Source: Octopus vulgaris
Taxonomy: Eukaryota
Assembly (NCBI GenBank): GCA_951406725.2
Contig: OX597814.1
Coordinates: 165,974,001-166,038,000, forward strand
Length of the DNA stretch: 64,000 nt
Direction: 5' to 3'
The notes beneath the pieces were generated by a model. It saw only the letters and a program-made list of their open reading frames with translations. It did no database searches and was not told where the DNA came from. This document shows, in pieces, positions 13,077 to 26,275 of the stretch. A program made the position numbers and the translations under genes. How positions within the stretch are numbered: position 1 is the stretch's first letter; every line of letters starts with the position of its first letter.

Positions 13077-13774
13077 AACAATAAAGAAGATGAGGACAAA
13101 TATCCGTCAAATATAAATAATGAAGATAAGTCTAACATGTAAGCAAGCATGAATCAATTCTCAAAGGCCTACAACAACTTTGGCTTTGCTATTAAGCATT
13201 GCAGAAACAGAAGTCCTGCATGAACCTAACCCAGCCTATACACTGTTTACTTCCTGGAAGAAAATTAGAACTGAGTTGAAAAATGTAAACAACTTTAAAT
13301 ACTATGGAAGCGTACTGTCTTCCAATACCTGCAGTGATGGAAAAGAGTCATCACATATTGGCAACATTAGTGGAGCTTTAAAAAACTTTGGTTTAGTGGT
13401 GTTCACACTGAAACTAAAATTAAAGCTTACAATACTACCATCCTTCTGACTTTTCTCTACAGTGCTGAAATTTGGACAGCATACTATTCTCATACTTAAA
13501 AGCTCAACTATCTCCACTTGTCTTGCTTAACTCTTTAGCACTCAATCTTGCCATATCCAGCACAAATATACTACTAGTTTTATGTTAAAACTGATCAAAT
13601 CCAATTTCTCACACCTACCCTACAATGTCATTCTAAAAATATACAAACACATCACTGAAATCTTGAAACTACAAAAAAATGCATGATCAATTCAAAAGAT
13701 TGTTAATATATAACCAATACATCTGACAAATAAATCTGAATGTTTTTTTTGTAAATTCCAACTTTATATATGTG

Positions 13775-13811
<37 letters not shown>

Positions 13812-13814
<3 letters not shown>

Positions 13815-14717
13815 CAGGCTTAGACGGACTGGAAGAACGGTGGTAGCAGGGAATTATATCAGACTGCCAGAAGGGAAGTTAGGAGACAGGTTTATTTAGC
13901 CAGAGAGGAAGCAGATAAGAATCAATTTGCCAATGTTCTGCGCTATGAGGACCAAGGACATGAAGTATTTCGTGTTACAAGACGGTGTGTGAGAGAGAAT
14001 CGTTATGTTGTAGGAGAGAAATGTGTCCGCATGGATGATGGTTCACTTGCACTAAATGAAGCTGCAAAGGTTTGGAGACGCCACTATGGAAGGTTGCTCA
14101 GAAAATGAATGGGAGAAAGAGAGTCTGCCGAATGTCGACCCAACAGAGGGACCAGCTATCCGAGTTGACAGTACCTTGGTAGATAAAGCAATTAAAAGTA
14201 TGAAGACAGGGAAAGCCCTCGGCCCATCAGGAGTCACTGCAGAGATACTCAAAATATCTGGCAGTGTCAGCTATAGCCTAGTCACCCATATAGTTAACCA
14301 GGTGATAGCAGCATAATAGTCAACTGCTACAAAGGTAAAGGTGACACTTTAGATACAAATAATTACAGAGGTATCAAGTTGTTGGATCAGGTAATGAAGG
14401 TCACGGAGAGGGTCATAGCCCAACTAATTAGGGAGAGAGTCAGTTTAGATGAGATGCAGTTTGGGTTAGTGCCAGGGAAAAGCACCACTGATGCTAAATT
14501 TCTGGTAAGACAGCTGCAGGAGAAATACCTAGCCAAAGATAAAACTCTATACCTGGCTTTCGTTGACATGGAGAAAGCCTTTGACAGGGTCCCCAAATCC
14601 CTTATCAGGTGGTTAATGAGGAAACTAGGGTTAGATGAATGGTTAGTGAGAGCTGTGCAAGCCATGTACAGGGACGCTGTCAGTAAGGTGAGGGTTGGCA
14701 ACGAGTACAGTGAAGAC
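13812..14717 (+). mobile_element. RTE-clade LINE, internal RT fragment
   Basis: KTGKALGPSG, NYRGIKLL, EMQFGLVPGKSTTDA, LAFVDMEKAFDRVP with frameshifts; highly similar to 37390-38280 on the opposite strand. Confidence 0.92.
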
Positions 14718-15266
14718 TTTCAGACTATGAATATTTAAATATAGATACATAGATATTTATATATTATTAGATCAAACTTACACAGAGTGCAAATGACAAA
14801 GGAAGATCTCCTTTCACCCTTCCTTGCATCAACACTCCCCACACCCCCAACAAACCTCTTAATCCCTCCCTCCAATACTGCTAGCTCTCAACATTTAAGC
14901 ATTGCACCTTTAAATTTCTCTGCATCATGGTCTGAAATATAAAATTTTTTTTCTACCTTGATGACAGAGGCTCAATTTATCCATTACTGGCTGCATACTT
15001 TGATGAACTATATCCATCAGAATTATGATGGATCTCCAAGCTCCAGAAATAGTTGTTGGACATATAAAACCTCCCCTTTAATTTTCTCAGTCATTTGTAC
15101 TCTGTGTATGTTTGATCCATTAATATAAAAATACTTATATATTTATACTTAAATATTCATCTAAATATCTTCAGTTTTTACTTTCATTCTGTTTGCATGT
15201 TTACATATATATATATTTTGTATATCAAACCCAAGCTGTTATTTTTAATTTGTTTATCCACATAAT

Positions 15267-15304
<38 letters not shown>

Positions 15305-15313
<9 letters not shown>

Positions 15314-17712
15314 AGTTGAAAGACAGATAGCGAGTGAGAGAGAGATGCTGATGTTCCTTACCCTATGTATGTTCTATAGTTGAAAGTGAAAGAACGCCAG
15401 CACAAAATTGATACTGTATGTCCTATAGGTGAAGGTGAAAGAAAGCCGGCACAAAGAGAGGGGGAAACCAGAAGAGAAGGGGAAGCTAAGAACCCCAGAA
15501 ATGAGGTTGTGTTGTACAATTTTAAGGTCATCTTCACTTTCGTCCCATTTTTCATGCATGCATAGAATTAAGCATTAGCTTTCTCTTTTAATTTCTCATT
15601 ATAATGTACAGAGACCTTTTGCAGTTAACATATTACAGCTTCACTACATTTCCTTCTTTTGGAATTAAGAAAGGTATGCAAAAATAACTTCCTTTGGTAT
15701 GCACACACACACAGAGTTAAAGTTCTGCATGGATTATGTTATTCTTTGCTGTGCGCTAAATTACAGCTCAAATCCTATGGAAATTACCTTTTCCTATTCT
15801 GTCATTCTTGTTTGTGATGAGCGCATTTCAAAACCTGATCTTCCATTTAAATTTACAAGGAAGTTATCTCAGAAATTCTGTCCTTTACCTATTGTTTCTA
15901 CCATGTCCAAGATGACATTTGCATCCCCACCTCCACTTATTTCTTTCCTCAATTTACTTACATTCCTATGTTTTCCATACAGGAGATTTGCATTTTGCTC
16001 AAAAGTGAGTAGCTGATGGGTTGCCGAGTGGGAGAAGGGCCATTCAGTATTTGTTTCAGAAAAATTAAATTTTCAAAAACAAATTACATTTCCCACATTC
16101 ATAATCTCTGTATTTTCCCACAAGCATAAAAAGCAAAATTTGAAAAACAGTTAAAAATGAGGAAAATTTGGTGGGGAGAGGGAAAATTATAACTTTGAAA
16201 TAATGATTTCTGGGGAAAATCATATTAACCCCTTTTTGTTCCATGAAACATTACATAGTTTGTGATCCTTCTTAAGAACATAAATCACTTTCATGCAAAT
16301 TGTACCCCCACCCCACCTCACTTCTGGACAAACAATAACTTCCATTACACCAGTAATCCATTCCACTATATATCAGCTAACAGAATGCATTACACTTATC
16401 AAGACAGAACATAGCCAAATCATTCAGTTTACCGCTTCTTCTCATAATAACAGTATACAAATTGACATGAATTTTTCCACATCTTTTCATTCGTTACTAA
16501 AAAATCAAATTATACAATGCACAACTTCAAATTGCTATGTCTTGCATCTTATATATTCCTTAATCATTTACTCTTTTCAGCCATGCCACCAAAACAAAGA
16601 TATTCTCAGTTATCTCCACAAACAAGGGCCGCAAAGAAAACTGCCTCTATTGGTACTCAAGAAAACTCACTTCAGTGATGCCCAAATGTGTAATATTTCA
16701 AAACGATCACCAATGGCGGAAGTTCTGCTCTAAACCACACTTATTGTCTGGGATGAATGCACGATGGCACACCATGAACTCCTGCACATTCTACCTGGAG
16801 ATGCTTCAACATTTTTTTCCCCATAGATACTACCATCAACAAACATGCCACTGTTGAGTATCCAGTTGAATTTCTCGACTCTCTACAACCCACAGGACTG
16901 CCACCACATTAGTTGTTCCTAAAGAAAGGTGCATCTATCATGCTCTTGAGGAATTTCGACACACCACGACTATACATGGTACAAGGTTGACTGCAACTAT
17001 AATGACATGTCATGTCCTACAAGCAACCATTATTGCCGACTGTCCTCAAGGAGACATCGCATACATCCCACACATGCCTCTTATTCCATCAAAAGTGTAA
17101 TTTCAATTCAAGCTCCTCTAGTTCCCAGTGCGATTGTGCTTTGCTATGACAATCAACAAAGCTCAGAGTCAAACTTTAAAAATTGTGGGTCTCAATTTAC
17201 AAATACCCTGCTTTTCTAATGGACAACTATATGTCACATGTTCTCGAGTTAGGAGTGCAAATGACTTGTATATTTATTCTATCAACACTTGGCTTACACA
17301 AAACATAGTTTATCCAGAAGCATTGTCAGTCTCACTTAACATACGTCGATGTGTGTAGTCTGCCCAAATATTATAGAGATGATGCTTTTCACAATGAAGC
17401 AGCTTTCTTTCCATGTACCTTACTTTCTGCAATACGGATACCTCTACATCCTCATATGTCATCCGGTTCTCTACATCCATAAGTCTAGGTCATTTTGGAG
17501 GCAATGTTAGGATGTCATTCTAATCTAAGCTGCCATTCTACATGTTTTTGGTGTTAACAATTTCAGCATTGTTCTTCACAAAATGACCAAAAAACATGTT
17601 TATAAAGAAAAGTTGTTTGCTTCACACTCTTCGTATGCCAATTCTGCCCATAAGAAAGAAACTTATAATACAATATGGCTGTAGGTCATAACACCCAGGC
17701 AACACCAAGATG
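15305..17712 (+). mobile_element. Degenerate Helitron (PIF1-like helicase remnant about 16620-17330)
   Basis: LIVWDECTMA, YPVEFLDSLQPTGLPPH, IMLLRN, RLCFAMTINKAQSQTL, CFSNGQLYVTCSRV, TQNIVYPEAL. Decayed 3' hairpin plus CTAA at about 17691-17711; (TA)n on both sides. The 5' boundary is uncertain. Confidence 0.8.
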
Positions 17713-17717
17713 CATTA

Positions 17718-17753
<36 letters not shown>

Positions 17754-19499
17754 CTCTCTCTCTCCCTACATGAGAGAAAGCATTGTCACTAGTGCTAGTA
17801 ACACAAATGCACCCAAACCATGCTGTAAAGTGGAGAGTAAAAAGAGGACACATTTCCATAGAATCCATGCAAAAGAGAAAGAAATACATAGTAAAGATAT
17901 TCATTTTGTAAGTCACAGTTGATGCAATCTGTCTAGAACAGTGACTCCTAAAAACTGTATCAAAATAGAGAGGGCTTTTAGTCCTAGGAGATAAGCTTTC
18001 TATTCTTGGTGAAATAATAAAATGTGCTTAGTCCATGTAAAGTGGTTGGTGATAGAAAGGGTATCCATACAAAAAAAAAATCACAACAAATACTGGTAGT
18101 TTTCTCAGTTGGAATGTGAATCAGATGCAACAAATAGTTCAGACGCAACAGCTTTGCATAACCAATGCCAGCAGGTAAAAGCAAAAACAAATTGATAATG
18201 CTTATGGTATAGTAAAGCACTGTATAATACTAAATATGAACACTTTTAAGATTGAACAAATGTGAAAAAATATAAGAAAATTATTATTTGAAGAGTTAAA
18301 AACAAGCAAAGTATAAATGAAATGCTTAAAGGATTTATAAATTTGTCAAATTTGAGCAAAATGAAGCAAATTTTCTTCAGAAATAATGATATATGGAAAA
18401 AGAATCTTGTAAACACACAAAAACAATTAGATTCATTTTCTTTTATTTCTTTATCATATCATAAAGTGTCAAAAATGTTCTGTTGCACTTCTGTAAGCTA
18501 GAACACCTACGCAGTTCCACTGCATTTCAAAATGAATAAACATGACTCTTCTATGAAGTAATTGATTCATTTTTCAACATATTTCAGATCAGATCCCTTG
18601 CAAAGCAAGTATAACTTTGAAACATAATATGATGACTATGAGGAATTAGAAACATATTGCTAAGTTTTAACTATTGCTCAGTTTCTTCACATTGAAAAGT
18701 ATAGTAATCTTTTCAATTTCCATGGTAACAAAACGTGCCTTATTACAAAACATGAGACATTTATGGTTCATTAGCCTTTAATATATATTTTGTATATATT
18801 TACATAGGTCTTTTATATATATACATATTTAAAATAGATTAGTAAAATAAAGCACATTTCATGAAATAAAATATGGCTAAATCAAATATTTCAAATATAT
18901 ACATTTTGTCAGGTGCAAGCATGGTTAGCTAGGTGCAGGTATGATTATGTGGTTAAGAAGTTTGCTTCTCAACCATACAGTTTTGGGAACAGTCCTACAG
19001 CATGACATCTTGGGCAAGTATCTTCAATATTTCCTGCTTGACTGAAGCCTGTTGAGTAGTGATAGAAACTGAAAGAAGCTCATTATGTGTGTATGCATGC
19101 ATGGTTTGTCTTGCATTCACATTATGCTTGTAAATTAACATCACCGTTGTACAAGCAATGTTGTCCATTCAGGGAAATATCGCAGAGAAACAAAACAGGC
19201 ATAAACTGTCACTCTTTGACATAAACATATCTTTCCACTCTCCTCCAAGAATAGAGTTCTTTATATACAATGTTTGCACATATACCAATATATGTTTTAC
19301 AACTTTTATGTTTTATACATATATACATATATATATATCATGATGATGCCTTTTGTTATATATTATAATTAATACCTCCTGAATATTTATTTACAGTGTA
19401 TGTCTGATACATTCATGTAAAGTGGAAGGTTTGCAAATAAATCTAAATGAGAGTAAAATATATCCATCCTATCCATGAGAGAGGAAGCAAAGCAGATGC

Positions 19500-19730
19500 T
19501 GAAATCTACAGCCTTATCTCTGTGACCTCGAATATCAGCAACATCACGGAATGAATTAACTGATTATGTTTCTAGAGGAAAATGACTTACTCATTGATAC
19601 ACAACATGGTTTTCTACCCAGACTGAATCTGTCACACAGCTGCTGCAATTTTATGACTTAAGCTAAAACTGCTGCTCACTTAGTCAAACATATAAGTGAT
19701 ATACCTGAACTTCGCAAAAGATTTCATTAA
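19500..19730 (+). mobile_element. CR1/L2-type RT fragment
   Basis: Residual ISVTS, DTQHGFLP, TQLLQFYD and IYLNFAK motifs. Confidence 0.6.
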
Positions 19731-22200
19731 AGTTTGTCACAAGCTACAGTTATCTCAGTAGAGTAAGGTTGTAAGAGTTTTCTAAACAATAAAATATAAA
19801 ATTGTTGCCCTTTCCAAAGTATTAACAATCCAAAATGAGGTGTGGCAGGAAACAGTGCACTAATTGTGATAGTTCTATAAGATGCATCCCTGATTAGAGT
19901 ATAACCACTGCTGATCCTTTGCTGACGTAAATAAGAGAAAGTAATAAAGAACACTCCTGATATTAAACACCTCAAAAACAACTTGCAATGGGATCAAGGC
20001 AATGTAATACTTTGAACAGCAAAAAGATAATGAACCAATCTTTAAATGTATCTTCCATTATTTCTTGCAACAATTATTTAAAATGCGCTGAACTACCACA
20101 CAGGTTAAACCCCATAATCTCTGATGAAGTTTTTTAACAACTCTACAAACATAACACAGTTACAAATATATCTTAAACACTTGCATTCTTACTCAAGACC
20201 AAAATATACAGATTATATATACACACACATACAAATATACATACATACATATATATATATATATAAATAGATGTGTGCATTTTTCCCTTGTTAACAACAC
20301 GGAAAAAATAGTTAAATAGTTACCAAGGTAGTAAAAGAAATTACACAATTATAAAGTTGTAATTCCTTGTTTTTATAAATATATACATTTATATGTGTAT
20401 ATATATATGTGTGTGTGTGTGTATACACATATATATATGTATGTATGTATGTATGTAATAGCTAACCCTTTTGTTACCAATCCGGCTGAAACCGGCTCTG
20501 GCTCTTTAGTATAAATGTCTTGTTTTCATAAGTTTTGAATTCAAATCTTCCACCAAATTTTAGTCACAATTTATGTTCCTAACACTAGCTCAATGATAAC
20601 CATATTATTTTACTAAATTCTTCGTTATATTTTAAATAATTGGAAGAAACACAGAGCATCTCAAAACAAATACAGTAATGAAAGGGTTAAGGAATGGAGA
20701 AGATAAGATTGTCTTTTTTTATATTTACTATGGATCCATGAAAGTTGTTTTTTATATTTACTACAGACTGCTTGAAGCTAACCTTGGGTCTTTATATACA
20801 TATATATACACACACACACACACACCTATACACATGTACCATATCCTTTCCTCTCCATAATTCATAAATGCTCTTTCTCTGTAGAGGACCATTCAAACCC
20901 ACTGTCTTCCAAGTAGGTTACCTAGCAGAAGACAGGCAATCACATCTTTGATGATTACTCATGATGACCATCCTTACTAAGATTAAAAACTAAATTTCTT
21001 CAGCAGTTCCAGAACATTACTTTAGTCTTTTTCTTGCTGATTTTCTGCAAAGCTCAAATAAAGCACCACATATCTGTAGCATGCTGAAGTTACACACAAA
21101 TATCAAAGCAAAAGTCTGCCTGTTGACTGGTAAAAACTCACATTCCTACAGACTACAACCATCACCTTTAAATCAAATCAATAATGGGGCATCTATATCG
21201 TTACTCGACTTGCTAGAAATAGCAACAAAACATCCCTAAAACCTCCTATACCATTTATCTTCAAAATTGTCATATTGGATAAAGTAGTCCTGAAAATAAG
21301 ATGAGATTATTTTGGCAGCAACACTTTTGATCATGGATCTTGCTCACTCATGCTCAAGATGGGCTGAACACTTTAAATCTTTATTACAACAACAGATTTT
21401 TTTTAATTGTTATAATTGTTTCTTTCTGCCTTTTCTATCATGGTTCCTGCTCTGAACCAACAATTTGCATACCATTCAATGCACTTGATTTGTCCTAATT
21501 ATTTGCTTGATTTGTCCTAATTATTTCTTCTCAGACTTGCAATCCTTTGGAATTTCTCTGTTCATCCACATTTTTTCAGCAGACATTCAAAAGGCTGAAT
21601 TAATCTAAAATGACCTGCCAAGTTGTTGGATGCTACTCTTATATCTCCAATTTATAAACAAAGCAAACCTTTCTTGAGTGTTAGCCGTCTTTTTTCTGCC
21701 TACAAGTGGAGGTGCAGACCTGAAAATTTATTACTACCTGTATTGAGTATGCTTATGTCTCAAAGTAAGCTAAAACTTAATGTGATATAATATCTACTTT
21801 GAATCCTTTTTCTTTCAATGCACTTTATTTTCAAACTTTTCACACCACTTAACATCAAATTCTTAAGTAAATTTGTTCAAATTAAATAATGAATATGTTT
21901 TGTATATAATGTCTTTAAAATACAATGTTTCTATCCAAATATTTTTTTCCCCTTTTGAACCACACAAAGCCATATTCGAAGAGAACTATAACTTTCTGGG
22001 ATTCAAATACTACTAGACGATGTCATTACTAGCACAAACCAGAATTTGTGAAACAAACCCACCAGAATAGTAAACAATACAACTGAAATAAAAGCCTTAG
22101 AAACAAATGTGGAAAAAACCATTAGCAAATCATTCCTCTCAATTCAAGTTACAAATATCTGTGAGGCTTTATTTTGTCATATCTAACTGAAATCCTATCT

Positions 22201-22417
22201 TAAATCTTTAGCATTTAAACTAGCCATATCCAGCCAAAATATTCTGTTATGGTCAAACCGACCAAATCTGGCCTCAGACACCAATCCTATTGTATCATTC
22301 TAAAATTTAAGTTACCTATTAAAATCTCAAAGCCACAAGATATGCATGATTAATTCAAAACAATGTGAATGAATAAGCTACACTTTTGACAGAATAATGT
22401 AATTACTAAAGGGTTAA
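22201..22417 (+). mobile_element. Second TTAA-type MITE family (copies about 6710-6985, 13527-13745, 23605-23833)
   Basis: Four colinear copies of about 220 bp starting near CCCTTTAGCATTTAAA; most end near AAAGGG|TTAA. Confidence 0.75.
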
Positions 22418-22618
22418 AGAAGATGAGTTGAACATTTTTCTTATAGTCAACTTTATGACTATTAAATAGTAGACAGAAAATAAATTATAGATTATAATAA
22501 AGCTCAAGAAATATATCCAAAGTACTGAACTAAAGCAGCTAAGCTTATCATTATGATATTGAAGAAAAACAGTTGACAACCACTTAGAAATGCATCAAAT
22601 TCACATAGGCAAACATAC

Positions 22619-22628
22619 TGGGGTTAGT
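22619..22628 (-). CDS. Candidate 10-nt microexon (ACTAACCCCA)
   Basis: AATTTCAG acceptor and GTATGT donor, with upstream CTGAC and TGCATG. Supplies the phase 0->1 shift needed to join exon 1 to the 57-nt exon. Confidence 0.35.
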
Positions 22629-24699
22629 CTGAAATTATTAATACTCCCAACACAGCAAGTAACATGCATATAATTTGCAGTCAGAGTTTTATATCTCCTC
22701 TTTCAGCATACTTCAAGAGTTCAAATTAAATAATGAATTGTTTCAGTGCCACTTAATTACTTAAAATCACCAATACTATGAGAACATAAAAAGGTAATGG
22801 ACACTGACTTTCCAATTCAGAGCAATAATGAATACACATTAGAGATTCCAATATAAACAAAGTAAAAATGGGAGGAATTATGCATTTAATTGATCTGTCT
22901 TTAGAAGTTTTCTTATGCTGAATACATGCACAGTTCAATAATCAAATCAGGAGTATGTTTTATGAATCCACATTTTCTTTTTATTATATTCACTAAGGTG
23001 CATACATTGTGAGTGTGTGTATATATTAACAGCTTATACAAAACTCTCAACTAATAATATATGCATAACAATTTTATAAATACATTTATAAGAATGTGTG
23101 TATGTGTAAGTGTTTTCAAGACAAAAATCAATGATGCACTGTAGAGTTAATCTCCTGGTAAACTAAATCTATGATGCAGGTTCAATTACTACTTGAGGTG
23201 TATCAATTTGTATCAGTTATATCCAGCCATACTAAATAACCCAGAGGTGAACAGGTGCAACCATACTAACTTGCTATTGATGCAACACATGAAGACGAAC
23301 CCTTTTATTGTGTACCAATAACCTACTAAGAGCTGCAAGACTTTCATTGTCTGGCCTGAAATTTTTGCTTTTATTCTAAGAATAACAACAATCATAGAAA
23401 GATTGTTTTGGGATTAGAAAAAAAGCAAAGAATATGAATAATAATTGACTTTGTCACTGCCTGATTAATTCAGGACCCACACATGAATTTGATTATATCC
23501 TCCAGTTCCAATCTACTTCACTAAACTTGCATATTTACAGTTTATCATGGCATTCCTCAAATGGTTTAAAACTTAGTTTTTTTATTATACTAGTGACATA
23601 AAATTAAACCCTTAAGCAATTAAATTGGCTATATTCAGTCAAAATATTCTACCAATTTTAAGTTCAAGCTAGTCAGATGTGGCCTCTCACACCAACCCTA
23701 CAATATCATTCTAAAAGTTAATAGTTACTTCACCAAAATTGCAAAGTTACAAGATAATGTATGAGTAATTCAAAACAATGTGAATAAGCAAGCATTACTT
23801 TTGACAGCATATAGGGAATGCTAGAGGGTTAATAACTTAACCTATCAAGGGTGTCTCTATATCACTTGACCAGCTAGAAATAGCTGCCAAGCAAAATAAA
23901 AAGCATAATGTTGGACAGATGTAGTCTTGGATAAATTCAAAATAAAAAGTATACCGTTAGATAGATGTAGTCTTAGATACACTATGTCTGAAAAAAAGCT
24001 GGCAAAATTGTGGTTGGAGTGCCTTTGAGCATAGGATCAATGCCTAAACAATATCAACATCAAAGAGATGGATGCTATTCTAACAGGATGTACATAGAAG
24101 TGGACATCAAAATGAAAGACTTTAGTATAGAGAGATATGGTGTCTTTTTTGTGTGTGCAAAGAGGTAAAGAAAACAATTACCTCAGAGTAACCAAAGTAA
24201 TAAGCTAAAGCAGAAAGCAAGCATATTAGATATTATTCCATATTTACCTTAGAGCTACATAGGATGCATTGTGAGCCATATGGTAGCTGAAGTGTACCGT
24301 GTCTATTTTATCATGTTTATGTAAGGTTCAAAATTATTGACTAGTTACATTCTGGAAATAGCATGTAACTGTCTGAACATCTGTAAGTCAGTCAGTCAGT
24401 TAGTTTGATGTCCAGATTCTCAAACTTGTCGAGAGGTTTGGATGTTGACTGCAATGGGAACAGGTGTTGTAGATTCATAATGTAAGATGTCTTTGAATAA
24501 CCTCTTTTTCCAACTAACTCTGTTATAGATACATTGAGTTGTATTAAATTAATATCAACAGGGAAGGATCCAAAAAGAGAAGTGTCAAAAAGAGATACAC
24601 CTTATTTCTTTTTTCATTCACAGCTTATAAACGTTGTCTTTGTTGGTGATGTTAAAAGACAATGGGAGGAGGTGCATAGAATCCAAAGTACTCGACATA

Positions 24700-25305
24700 G
24701 AGCATATTTTAAATTTGATTTTCAATAAAATTTTCTATAAATAAGCTTCTGATGGTGCAGATTACGATTATATCGAAATTTAATGTGAAAATGTTTCTCC
24801 AAGGGTGGGGTGTTTCGGAAAATTCACACTAGTCGGATTTGTTTCTTCATAACTTTCAGAAAAATGAGTATTTTTGAATGAAATTTTCTACAAATACCTT
24901 TCAAAGTATGTAGATAACGATAATATCAGAATTTGATATTAAAAAGAAAATTGGTGGACTCGTGCATATACATACTGATACACATCACAGTTCTTTGTTT
25001 TGTTTCGTTTTTTTGTTTTTTAGTTTCACATTTCATTTTGTAGATATTTGTTATGGGTGTCAGTACGAGCCCACAATTTTTTTCAACATATTAATTTCCG
25101 ATATAATCATAATGTTCACACTCTGAAAAGTATTCGTAGAAAATTTTACAAAAAATTACTCATTTTTATGAAAGTTATGAGGAAACAAATCTGACTCGTT
25201 TGATTTTCCGAAACTTCTCTCCCCACCCTCGGGGGGGAAATTTTATAATCATTATCTATACCATCTGAAGCATATATGTAAAAAGTTTCATTTTAAAATA
25301 TCCAT
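24700..25305. mobile_element. Foldback element with about 250-bp imperfect inverted arms
   Basis: 24700-24965 is approximately the reverse complement of 25063-25305 (e.g. GATTTGTTTCTTCATAACTTTCA vs TGAAAGTTATGAGGAAACAAATC). Confidence 0.7.
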
Positions 25306-25861
25306 TTTTCTAGAAGTTAAAAAGGCAACAAAATCGATATAAGGCATACTTGTGTAGGCAAAACTATGAAGTTATACAAATACTGCACAACACACAGAAC
25401 AACAACAATAATTATTATTATATAAAATTATTTTACGAAAGACAGCCTATGTATATGCAAAATGCACTTCATATGTGCATTGTGTGACGTTTAAATGTTT
25501 CATTCAGTTAGTAAGAATAGATAAGTATTATCTACAAAATATTAAAAAAATAAGTGCGATAACGTTAAATTTATTTTCAAAACATACCGATCTAAATTGT
25601 GCCAGATTTCGAACAAGTGTGAAATTGCAAATTAAGACCAATAGTCACACAAATAACTACACTTAAAAAAAAAAAAAACGGTATATATCTATATATATAT
25701 ATAGTTAGCACATAAGTCCTATGTAAACATGAACGAGAACCATTGTTTTGAACGTGCATTGTAGCGCAGTCAGTAAGCTATATGTAGATAAAGGATATAG
25801 CAAAGAAACTCTTGCTGCACTCAAATAAACCAACATATTAATACACATACTTTACATACGT

Positions 25862-25903
<42 letters not shown>

Positions 25904-26235
25904 ACATATTATATACAGGAACATAGTTCAACGTAAGTCAACTGTTTTGGGGTAACAGAAGAATTTATCAAATTACTGTCAACAGGGAAAGATCCAAAAG
26001 AGAATTGTCAAAAGTAAAGAGAGATCCCTTATTTCTTTTTTTCATTCACCGTTAGTTTATAAACATTGTCTTTGATTGTGGTGTTGACAGGCGATGGGAG
26101 GGGGCGCATAAAATTCAAAGTACTTTGCACGAGACATATTTTAAATTAGAATTTTAAGAATAATGTACATGCAAAGTACAATACTAATAACAAATGAGAA
26201 AAACTACAAGAATGAAGAAATCAGATGAGAGAAGG

Positions 26236-26275
<40 letters not shown>

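Larger units (their letters stand above)
12298..13122. mobile_element. Inverted pair of Penelope-like pseudo-LTRs
   Basis: Left arm (about 12298-12478 plus 12805-12850) is the reverse complement of the right arm (about 12855-13122). The right arm matches 43070-43260, which directly follows a GIY-YIG remnant. Confidence 0.75.

Noticed and set aside
16293-16733. 146-aa plus-strand ORF
   Set aside because: Lies inside the decayed Helitron; only its last residues (CNISKRS) are helicase-derived.
24351-24353. Possible 3-nt microexon AAT (TTCCAG|AAT|GTAACT, - strand), which would give MASVG-N
   Set aside because: Too short to distinguish from chance without reads, and it does not fix the phase mismatch.
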